Sequence record: NC_061451.1 | Reading direction: 5' to 3' (one strand) | Length of the DNA: 64,000 nucleotides | Translations under genes and position numbers: made by a program | The notes under the pieces: generated by a model | Told to the model about the DNA's origin: nothing | The model's database searches: none | Seen by the model: only the letters and a program-made list of their open reading frames with translations | Part shown: piece by piece, positions 56,510 through 64,000 of the stretch | Layout of the letters: each line of letters opens with the position of its first letter | How positions within the stretch are numbered: position 1 is the first letter of the stretch

Positions 56510-57157
56510 TTAATCATATAAAAATACACCAGCACGCAGACGCACTCTATCAATAACTCCAAACGGTCCAGCGACATTTCCATATCTGCCTATAGCCCAA
56601 GGCGTATCGCTTACTTTCGGCATAGCCTGTACGACTTGAGCAACTTGTTGGCCATTGACAAAGATCGTGTGGGTCTTAGCTGTTGCGTCATAGACATACT
56701 TGAAAGGGACCATGCTCAAAGTCAACAGGCCGCCAAGAACACCAGACTGAGCAATTTGCTTTTCTGCCCATGAGCCGCCCGTGCTATACCAAACGCCTAT
56801 GCGAATGTTAGAGCCATTCCATTGGTTCTGCATCAACAGCTCCACCTTGTCTGGGTTAGACTTTAGGTAGGACATGAATATGAACTGTGCTAACACATTC
56901 GTATCAGTCTGTGCATAGAGCAAATCAAGCGTATATGAGGCAGTCGTATCAAACAGCAGATTACCTGCGGTCTTCACGTTACCACCACAGACAATACCTA
57001 CATCAGACAGAGACAATGAAGAAGCAGCAAACTGATTGCCTACATAATCAGTGAACCCGTCTGCGGAGAAGTTGTCACGGTCAAAGGCCACCAGCTCATC
57101 GCCTGTGAACCAAGGAGGCACGTCCGCTATTTCGTATGAAACGACAGGAATATGCAT
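56510..57157 (-). CDS. virion protein with LamG/ConA-like domain
   Basis: YTLDLLY, FKYVYD...TIFVNGQQV, IDRVRL. Confidence 0.6.
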   Translation of the reverse strand: MHIPVVSYEIADVPPWFTGDELVAFDRDNFSADGFTDYVGNQFAASSLSLSDVGIVCGGNVKTAGNLLFDTTASYTLDLLYAQTDTNVLAQFIFMSYLKSNPDKVELLMQNQWNGSNIRIGVWYSTGGSWAEKQIAQSGVLGGLLTLSMVPFKYVYDATAKTHTIFVNGQQVAQVVQAMPKVSDTPWAIGRYGNVAGPFGVIDRVRLRAGVFLYD

Positions 57158-57158
57158 G

Positions 57159-57656
57159 TTAGAACTCCTTAGAGTCTCTGCATACAGTCGCTAAGAACTT
57201 ACCGTTACGCAAGTTGTCTGAACTAAGAATCAGGTCAGCACCCGAACCCGCAGCACCGATAGTCAAGATCAAGAAGCCACCATACGGCGTGCTTGCAATG
57301 CTCTTGTTAAACACAATCACGTTGTACTGAGCAAGCAACTCGGTGATTGTTCCAGCAAACGTTCCCTGAAGTGTGGCAGCAAGTTTGAATTTATATTTAT
57401 TGCCTGAACCGTGAATCCAGCGAACAGGATTGTTAGTCACAGACGTTAGGTCAAGCACAGCAGTTGCGCCAATCGCAGCCTGAACGGTAGTACCATCAGC
57501 AACTACGATGTTCGCAGGGTCAGGCACTTTCGCAAAGCAGATTGTTTTCTGCATGTTTGAAAGGCCATACTTCAACGGCGGATCAGCAGCAGGACGTTTG
57601 CCTGCGTCTGGGATAACGATGCCGTTAGCGACCAGCGGGAAAGAAATGATTTCCAT
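57159..57656 (-). CDS. virion structural protein
   Basis: LTIGAAGSGADLILS array motif. Confidence 0.6.
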   Translation of the reverse strand: MEIISFPLVANGIVIPDAGKRPAADPPLKYGLSNMQKTICFAKVPDPANIVVADGTTVQAAIGATAVLDLTSVTNNPVRWIHGSGNKYKFKLAATLQGTFAGTITELLAQYNVIVFNKSIASTPYGGFLILTIGAAGSGADLILSSDNLRNGKFLATVCRDSKEF

Positions 57657-57720
57657 TATAGTTCTCCAGTTGTTTCGCGTTTAAATTACTGACTGCATGT
57701 GGTAAGTGCGGAACACTATG

Positions 57721-58776
57721 CTACAGCGAAACGGTTTTTGTTAGCGCAACGTCTGTGATAGTTGCTACGGATATCTGAGGGATATCGCCAGGCAGCGTAG
57801 ATGTAGCGTGAGTGAAGTCCGTACCTTCGCGCAGCACTTGCACCATACACGGATGCTGTGGGTCAAACGCTATTGGAAGCATAGCCCACGTCAGTTTGGT
57901 TGCTGGCGTATCAGCACGCGTAACAAGAGGCACAGAATACAGACGATCTGTTTCAACAAAGTTCGTGGTGTTATTCAGCGCACCCTTTGAGTATGATGTG
58001 CTGTACGACCAACCACCTCCTGAGAAATAGCGCGTACCGTACACGTTAGTTCTCCACGAATACAGAACACGCAGGCTTCTAGCAGGCGCAGAACTCAACG
58101 TAGTCTGAGCATTGGCTATGAGCGCACTCTGACCTACAATACCAGACCGCACCGTTACGTTCGTTGCGTCAGAGTAGGTATAGGTATCCATATAGACGTT
58201 AGTGATAGAGCTGGAATCACTAGAAGACCAGTTACCTATTGTGCCTATGTTACCACTGTTAGAGTCAGACATGGGTACAGTCACACCTGTCTGCACTGCA
58301 CACTTAGGGCTTAGGTTAGCTTCTGTGATTGTACTGTCAAATACAGGCAACAACATAGAAGCAGATGAAGGAATGCGCTTACCATCAATGTTCGTATTGT
58401 CCAGTAAGCTGCCTTGCATTGTAACAACAGAACCTTCTGCAAACAAAGTACCGACGCTGTAGTAGCGTCTGAATACTTCTTGAGGAGTCCAGACAACGGA
58501 TTCGGCAGCTGTAGGCAACGTTGACCCGTACGTAGGGTTATCTATCATTGTGTGATAGTATCGCATACTACGATAGCCTGCCATGCGCGTACATTGAAAG
58601 GTATCGTTTGCTACATACTGAGAGAACGAACGCGCCAAGTTAATCGTGTTCATTGCAGAGGCTGCGGTAGACTGTGCTGTTGGAGGAACTGTGTCATCCG
58701 TGAACAGAAATACCCTTCTTCTAGCTAGTGCTAGTTTCTTCTCCAACAGCTTAGCCCCACTTGAGGCAAATAACAT
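57721..58776 (-). CDS. putative fibre protein, MLFAS paralog 4
   Basis: MLFASSG...RRRVFLF; S/T/N/G-rich. Confidence 0.6.
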   Translation of the reverse strand: MLFASSGAKLLEKKLALARRRVFLFTDDTVPPTAQSTAASAMNTINLARSFSQYVANDTFQCTRMAGYRSMRYYHTMIDNPTYGSTLPTAAESVVWTPQEVFRRYYSVGTLFAEGSVVTMQGSLLDNTNIDGKRIPSSASMLLPVFDSTITEANLSPKCAVQTGVTVPMSDSNSGNIGTIGNWSSSDSSSITNVYMDTYTYSDATNVTVRSGIVGQSALIANAQTTLSSAPARSLRVLYSWRTNVYGTRYFSGGGWSYSTSYSKGALNNTTNFVETDRLYSVPLVTRADTPATKLTWAMLPIAFDPQHPCMVQVLREGTDFTHATSTLPGDIPQISVATITDVALTKTVSL

Positions 58777-58785
58777 AAACTCTCC

Positions 58786-59820
58786 TTAGACAGAGATAAC
58801 CGATGCAACCCCGGGGACAGCGAGCGTTTGGAGAAATGATACATCGGGCTCAACGTTTGTCTGTTGCTGTACGTTGTTTTTGAAGTCAGTACCTTTGCGG
58901 AAGATCTCACAGCTAATCTTCTCGCCGTTCCATATAGGACAGCCCAGCCATTCAATTTCGAATGCAGGAGTGTCAGCAGGCGCAGTTGACGCAAAGCCGA
59001 TCTTAACAACAGGCTTATGTTGAAGCGGAACGTCTACGTTACCTGGTCTGGAGTACGTCCAGGTATTCACGTTATTGCCTACAAGCGTGTTATAGATATA
59101 GTTCTGCACACCGTACACAGAGGCCATACCCGCAACAGGAGCGGAACCAAACAGTCGTATGATATTACCTATCGAGGAAGAACCAAAGCTGATGTTGCCT
59201 TGAGCATATGAGTTATCCTCAGTTCCGTACGAGGCTCTTGATGCAAAGTACGTGTAGCTCCAACTGTTGTTACTACCACTGCCAGACGAGTTGTATGTGC
59301 CAGTCCTATCAGGGAAGTGACCACCTACTCCGTAAAGAGACGCGTACTTCTTAGGAATCAGCACGGTCTTTATCGTGCCAACAACAGGCAGATGGCTAGG
59401 GTTATACGTGTCATAAGCAGAAGGTGCAGACAACGACACAGGACCTGCCAGTGGGTTAGCAAACGAATTGTCTGCATTTAGATAGCTCATCACACCGTGC
59501 TTGAGAGCGCGTTGTTGGGCAGTAAGCGTATCTGACATGCTGAATATCGGTGAGTTGTTCACAGTGCGCTCATAGGCATCATGATTCACCTCAGCAGGAA
59601 AGAAATACTGACTCGCAATGCCACTGCATGAACACCCGAGTAGTTTGTTGTCTGCTACACTATACCCGATAGAGCGAGCTTCTACCATATTCTTTACCCA
59701 TGCCACAGGGTCAGTGAGTGCAGCTTCTGGTGTTATTGAACTGTCAAACATGAAGGCACGCTTACGCGCAACAGCCATAAGCGTCTTCTGGATGTTTCCA
59801 CCTGACGATGCAAAAATCAT
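58786..59820 (-). CDS. putative fibre protein, MLFAS paralog 3
   Basis: MIFASSG...RKRAFMFDS. Confidence 0.6.
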   Translation of the reverse strand: MIFASSGGNIQKTLMAVARKRAFMFDSSITPEAALTDPVAWVKNMVEARSIGYSVADNKLLGCSCSGIASQYFFPAEVNHDAYERTVNNSPIFSMSDTLTAQQRALKHGVMSYLNADNSFANPLAGPVSLSAPSAYDTYNPSHLPVVGTIKTVLIPKKYASLYGVGGHFPDRTGTYNSSGSGSNNSWSYTYFASRASYGTEDNSYAQGNISFGSSSIGNIIRLFGSAPVAGMASVYGVQNYIYNTLVGNNVNTWTYSRPGNVDVPLQHKPVVKIGFASTAPADTPAFEIEWLGCPIWNGEKISCEIFRKGTDFKNNVQQQTNVEPDVSFLQTLAVPGVASVISV

Positions 59821-59829
59821 ATTATTGCC

Positions 59830-60927
59830 TCATAGCGTAATAGAGGACGGGGCATTGCACCAGTCTTTAACTGCTTGAGCAACTACCAAGTCAGCTTGTT
59901 GGGCTACTGTCGTCCCTGTCTGCTTAATATCGGCGGAATCGTCCTGTGCAATATCGAACATAGCGAGCCTGTACCCACCAACAGTCTCGTAAGCAATGGC
60001 ACCAACAGTCAGCACACACGCACCATCATCAGCCATGCCTGTTACAATGACAGAAGGAACATCGGGAATAGTCATTGCATTCTGATCTGCGTTCGGCGTT
60101 AGTCCTTCATTGAATGAGTTGTTAGTGGTGCCTCCACCTATAGGGTACGTGGTGAAGCGCCGCTCCTGCATAGTGATTACCATAGCGCCCGACACCGTGT
60201 TGAATGCCTGGGGATCGAATACATCTGCCCAATTGCCATTCCCGCCATAAGTCGTATCGTTCGGCAGCATAATATCAATATAGTTTTGCGCCTGATAAGT
60301 ATTAGGTATAGGGTAGAACACAGCAGACGAATAGAACTGGTCATAGTAATAGTTAACACCAGATTGACCTGAACTACGAAACGATATTGTCGCGTTATTG
60401 AGAAACTTAGGCTGGTACTGCGTCTTATTCTTCGTACTACGCATACTGGTGACGATGCGCTGCGGATAAAGATACAAGCGAGAGGCCAGCTTTGCTTTAT
60501 CGTACTGCCCAACAAGAGTAGAGCCAAGAATGTTGCTCGTCTTGTCTCCGATAGTACCCCTGGGTGCGAGATACTTCACGGTGCAATAGCGGTCAGCTTG
60601 TTGGTCTGGCGTGTTGCCGTCTGAGGAAACGTTATACATGCCATTCCATGAAGCACTATTCGACGCGTTGTTCTGGTTGAATAGCTGAATGTTTGCGCTG
60701 TGTGCAGGGTAATAGCGATTGGACTTTACACCACTAAGCGCTGTTGATTTAAGAGCGTCTACGGTACCGCAAGTCATCGCACGACATTCAGGCACGGACT
60801 GTAATAGATACTGGCGTGCTTGTCTGATAGTGTCTTTGCTGATTGTGCTGTCAAACAGATATAAGGAGGACATTGCACGAGTTCGCACAGCTTTATCTCG
60901 TACTCCTCCTACGGAAGCGAATAGCAT
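59830..60927 (-). CDS. putative fibre protein, MLFAS paralog 2
   Basis: MLFASVG...MSSLYLFDS. Confidence 0.6.
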   Translation of the reverse strand: MLFASVGGVRDKAVRTRAMSSLYLFDSTISKDTIRQARQYLLQSVPECRAMTCGTVDALKSTALSGVKSNRYYPAHSANIQLFNQNNASNSASWNGMYNVSSDGNTPDQQADRYCTVKYLAPRGTIGDKTSNILGSTLVGQYDKAKLASRLYLYPQRIVTSMRSTKNKTQYQPKFLNNATISFRSSGQSGVNYYYDQFYSSAVFYPIPNTYQAQNYIDIMLPNDTTYGGNGNWADVFDPQAFNTVSGAMVITMQERRFTTYPIGGGTTNNSFNEGLTPNADQNAMTIPDVPSVIVTGMADDGACVLTVGAIAYETVGGYRLAMFDIAQDDSADIKQTGTTVAQQADLVVAQAVKDWCNAPSSITL

Positions 60928-60934
60928 AGCTACC

Positions 60935-61990
60935 TCATATTGTGTAGGACTTCGTTGTTACTAAGGCAGCTAACACAGCACTTGAACAAGTGAAGGCAGG
61001 CTGAGTGCCGACCGAAGTACCTGTCGTCAGTGTTAGGTCTGAGCCAATGTCCATTACCATAAGCTCGCTGGACTGTTCAGTGGCTACAGCGATAGCGCCA
61101 AAGCTCAGTGCTGCATCCGGGTCATCGGCCTGAGTAACATCAATGTATGGCAGTTCGACACATACCTCATTGGGTGTACCGTTTCGCCAGTTCTGACCAC
61201 TACCGTAGCTCGTATACCACGTGGCGTTAGCAAACCATGTACGCGTGTAGTTATATTGTGGGTTTATCATGTACAGACCGCCATACTCCGTACGCAGCGC
61301 ACCTAACGCAGTAGGCGTACTGTTTTCATAGTAACCAGCACCAACAGGGAAAGATACACCAGGCATCGTCCAGAATCGAGAAACACCAGAACCCAGAGAG
61401 ATGAATCCAGGAGTTATGCTCTGCGTATAATCAAAGTAGTCCGTGCTTGTACCTGTACGTCCTCCCATCGTGCTCTTTGGTCGGAGTTTAACGGACTTGC
61501 CGCCAAACAAAGAAAGCCGGGATGTAGGCAGCAGATACGTACGGCTCATGCTATCGAATGAAGTAACACCACCGTAACCAGATTGCGTACCGAGCATGTT
61601 GCCTGTAGCGACATCAAAAGCAGCTTTAGTTGCAGGCGAGGCTACCGTAACAAAACGCGCAGCATAGTTCTCAACAGTCTGACCGTCGCTTATGCCATTT
61701 GTCAGACGGAAGAACCAACCGTTGTTACTGGACACAGGACTGAACTGACCGATACGTCCTGTATGCGACAAATAAAACTTATTGTTCTTTATACCGCCTA
61801 TAGCAGTAGCATCCAGAGTATTACCTGTCATTGTGTGCGTGCAGCTACGCGCTTCATGGCACACGTTCAGCAAACCTACAGGGGTGCGAACATTCTGTTT
61901 GTCTACGGACGTGTCAAACAAAAATAGGTGCTGCATAGCGGACTTGCGAATGTTTTCCTGTATAACAGCTCCAGCAGAAACGAATAGCAT
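60935..61990 (-). CDS. putative fibre protein, MLFAS paralog 1
   Basis: AGGAG RBS; MLFVSAG...MQHLFLFDT. Confidence 0.6.
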   Translation of the reverse strand: MLFVSAGAVIQENIRKSAMQHLFLFDTSVDKQNVRTPVGLLNVCHEARSCTHTMTGNTLDATAIGGIKNNKFYLSHTGRIGQFSPVSSNNGWFFRLTNGISDGQTVENYAARFVTVASPATKAAFDVATGNMLGTQSGYGGVTSFDSMSRTYLLPTSRLSLFGGKSVKLRPKSTMGGRTGTSTDYFDYTQSITPGFISLGSGVSRFWTMPGVSFPVGAGYYENSTPTALGALRTEYGGLYMINPQYNYTRTWFANATWYTSYGSGQNWRNGTPNEVCVELPYIDVTQADDPDAALSFGAIAVATEQSSELMVMDIGSDLTLTTGTSVGTQPAFTCSSAVLAALVTTKSYTI

Positions 61991-62000
61991 ACAAGCTCCT

Positions 62001-62040
62001 AAAACGAAAGAGGGCAGACACCTTTCGATGCCCACCCTTT
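62001..62040 (-). terminator. intrinsic terminator
   Basis: AAAGGGTGGGCATC-GAAA-GGTGTCTGCCCTCTTTCGTTTT on - strand. Confidence 0.7.
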
Positions 62041-62043
62041 AGA

Positions 62044-62625
62044 TCACACGAGCAGGCGTCCTGCGATAGTGATCGCCACACCGTTAAGCGTAGTATCAGC
62101 AGTATCAGGCGCAACGATGCGAAGCTGATCACCAGATACGAGAATGATTTCCTGATCTTGGTAAGCAGCAAGCGGAGCAAATACGCCAGATTTTGAACCA
62201 GCACCGAATGAGACGGTACCAAGCTGGATAACAGCCGCAGTTGCAGAGTCATACGCGCTGATCTTAAAAGCAGAAGCAGCGGTAGCAGCAACGTCGGCAG
62301 TAGCCAGAGAACCTGCAAAGTTTTTAGTGATAGCTGTTGTGCGCACAGAGAGGAAACGAGAAATCTCCTGGCCACCAGCGTAACGCTTGAGCACGTTCAT
62401 GCCCAAGTCGTATGGGTTGTATGATTGTAGTTGATTAACCCACTTTGCTCGCACTTGGCTATACACGTATAAGCCAGGCTGGTTAGCACCAGACACAGCA
62501 GTCAGGTTCCACACGCGGCCGTTAGTCGGGCTAGCAGGGAAAGTTGGGCCAGAAGAATTGGGATCACCTGGGGCGCGAACAATCTGAGAGTTCACACCTG
62601 CAAGCTGTAGACCGTAAGATAACAT
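62044..62625 (-). CDS. putative virion/fibre protein
   Basis: GPTFPASPTNGRVW fibre-type motif, AAGGAG RBS. Confidence 0.6.
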   Translation of the reverse strand: MLSYGLQLAGVNSQIVRAPGDPNSSGPTFPASPTNGRVWNLTAVSGANQPGLYVYSQVRAKWVNQLQSYNPYDLGMNVLKRYAGGQEISRFLSVRTTAITKNFAGSLATADVAATAASAFKISAYDSATAAVIQLGTVSFGAGSKSGVFAPLAAYQDQEIILVSGDQLRIVAPDTADTTLNGVAITIAGRLLV

Positions 62626-62636
62626 CAGTATTCTCC

Positions 62637-62843
62637 TTAGGCGATTCGCACTTCACCAGTCACCGCGTACGGGAAGGTAATCTTAACAGTGTCCGAGTCA
62701 ACGATGACTACATCCAGCGGCAGCACTTGATGTAGCTTACCATCAGGTTGCATAGTGCATGTAGTCACGGCGACAGGACGCCCGAAGTTGTGCAGAATCG
62801 TCCATTCAGAAGCAGGCGTGTCTTGCTTGAAGCTACGCCCCAT
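62637..62843 (-). CDS. small fibre-associated protein (W.I.HN motif)
   Basis: PASEWTILHNFGRPV. Confidence 0.6.
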   Translation of the reverse strand: MGRSFKQDTPASEWTILHNFGRPVAVTTCTMQPDGKLHQVLPLDVVIVDSDTVKITFPYAVTGEVRIA

Positions 62844-62879
62844 CGAATAGTTGAGCATAAGAGCCTCGCGATTGTGGCG

Positions 62880-63476
62880 TTAGTACAGGATTACAGTGCC
62901 AGACTCAGGATTGTCGAAGGTAATCGTCAACTGGCTGGTGCTGTCATGCACGATAGACTTAGGCTGCACTTCATTCGCACCTTGATAGATACGCACCGCA
63001 GGGTTATAACCGAGATTATGCACAACAACCCACGTAGCCAGATTCTCGTAAGATGCAGTGAATGCAACGGTAGGAGTAGGCAGACCTGACTCAACGCCAG
63101 ACAACAGTACCGCAGTACCGGCCACAGCAGAAGGGAAGAGGACAACGATGTTGTTAGCATCATCAGCGTGAATTGAAGATGGCTGCACCACGTCACCATT
63201 CTCATCGTAGCACTGTACGATAGGCGTAGCGGTATTCATCTTGTGGTTAATCTCCCAACGAGACGAGGCAGTAGGTTGCGAGTAGCGAACCATAGTCATC
63301 TGTTGAGTTAATGGAACCCAGACAGGAACATCTTCGATAGACACGCAGAACATCAGACGCTTGTCCATGAAGATAGCCATACCAGGCTTAGGGTTAAGAG
63401 GCCAGTCAGTCGCTACGTCAAACGCGAAGTTAGCAAGTGAGCCAAACTCTAAATCAAGAGTCCCTAGGACTTTCAT
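62880..63476 (-). CDS. fibre-associated protein with two W.I.H(N) repeats
   Basis: RWEINHKMN..PIVQCYD..G; WVVVHNLGYNPAVRIY. Confidence 0.65.
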   Translation of the reverse strand: MKVLGTLDLEFGSLANFAFDVATDWPLNPKPGMAIFMDKRLMFCVSIEDVPVWVPLTQQMTMVRYSQPTASSRWEINHKMNTATPIVQCYDENGDVVQPSSIHADDANNIVVLFPSAVAGTAVLLSGVESGLPTPTVAFTASYENLATWVVVHNLGYNPAVRIYQGANEVQPKSIVHDSTSQLTITFDNPESGTVILY

Positions 63477-63496
63477 AAATCTTTCTCCTGAGAGGT

Positions 63497-63526
63497 AAAA
63501 GGGGCAGGCAGAAGCCCACCCCTTTT
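63497..63526 (-). terminator. intrinsic terminator
   Basis: AAAAGGGGTGGGC-TTCT-GCCTGCCCCTTTT on - strand. Confidence 0.75.
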
Positions 63527-63539
63527 GTATGTGTCGTTA

Positions 63540-64000
63540 TTACTCAGCCGGAGTGTAAGCGTTCGCACCAGTAACGAATGCGATTGCAACTTTCTTCTCG
63601 GTGGTCAGTTCAACACGCAGCGTGTTAGCGTCAACAAACACGACCTCATCAGGGATGATCTGATAGCCGGTATCATCAACGACGGTAACGGTACCGTATT
63701 TGACGCCTGCATTGTGTGCGAAGGTGTGAGTAGTGTTAGCCACGTCACCGCTTGCAGTTTTGTCGTACTGGTACAGCTTAGCAGCAGAACCGCTTGAGCC
63801 AGCAGCAATCGCATCGTCAACATATTTCTTGCTGACAACAGACTCATCAACCAGCGCTTCGGTGCCGGTCAGAGTAAGGGCTTCGACAGCGCCGCCTTCA
63901 CCAGCGATGAAACCAGCGCTTTTTAAGGCGTCTTGGTCCACGATGATTTTGCTGTTGGTAGTGTCCTGTTTCAGGCCAGTACCCAGAGCAGCGCCTGCAA
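63540..64000 (-). CDS. fibre/virion protein C-terminus (5'-truncated by window)
   Basis: Frame open to nt 64000; SKKYVDD, THTFAHNAG..TVVDDTG. Confidence 0.7.
   Translation of the reverse strand, partial: AGAALGTGLKQDTTNSKIIVDQDALKSAGFIAGEGGAVEALTLTGTEALVDESVVSKKYVDDAIAAGSSGSAAKLYQYDKTASGDVANTTHTFAHNAGVKYGTVTVVDDTGYQIIPDEVVFVDANTLRVELTTEKKVAIAFVTGANAYTPAE

Noticed and set aside
47715-61990. Diversity-generating retroelement or invertase shuffling of fibre genes
   Set aside because: No reverse transcriptase, recombinase or nucleotide-level near-identical repeats seen; paralogs are highly diverged.
1-64000. CRISPR array, tRNA/rRNA, integrase or bacterial chromosome context
   Set aside because: No regularly spaced repeats, cloverleafs or recombinase seen by eye; content is entirely phage-like. 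A tRNAscan run would confirm.

Overview
A 64-kb segment of a large lytic myovirus (jumbo-phage-like) genome. Gene content and layout resemble the 'hairy' Erwinia Y3 / Dickeya JA11-AD1 type phages (inference, not searched). 1-46.2 kb is on the + strand: DnaB helicase, intein-containing large terminase, probable portal, 5'-3' exonuclease, Dam, dCMP deaminase, ThyA and many accessory genes. 46.3-64 kb is on the - strand: a probable holin/spanin cassette and a long array of paralogous virion proteins. The main result is a two-locus DNA cytosine carboxymethylation/hypermodification system. Locus 1 is an operon of CmoA-like carboxy-SAM synthase, GT4 glycosyltransferase, DUF1611 protein and glutaminase-less AsnB-type amide ligase (12.5-16.5 kb). 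Locus 2 is a ParB-coupled C5-cytosine transferase (31.9-34.0 kb) whose motif-X Asn is replaced by Arg, the change expected for carboxy-SAM use, and whose catalytic Cys directly follows an intein. Also seen: a free-standing 45-aa mimic of the NrdA C-terminal redox tail, a frameshifted Toprim gene, an Acb2/Tad1-like hairpin fusion and two candidate phage promoter motifs. No tRNA, rRNA, CRISPR array or integrase was seen. All family calls come from motif recognition by eye; no searches were run.
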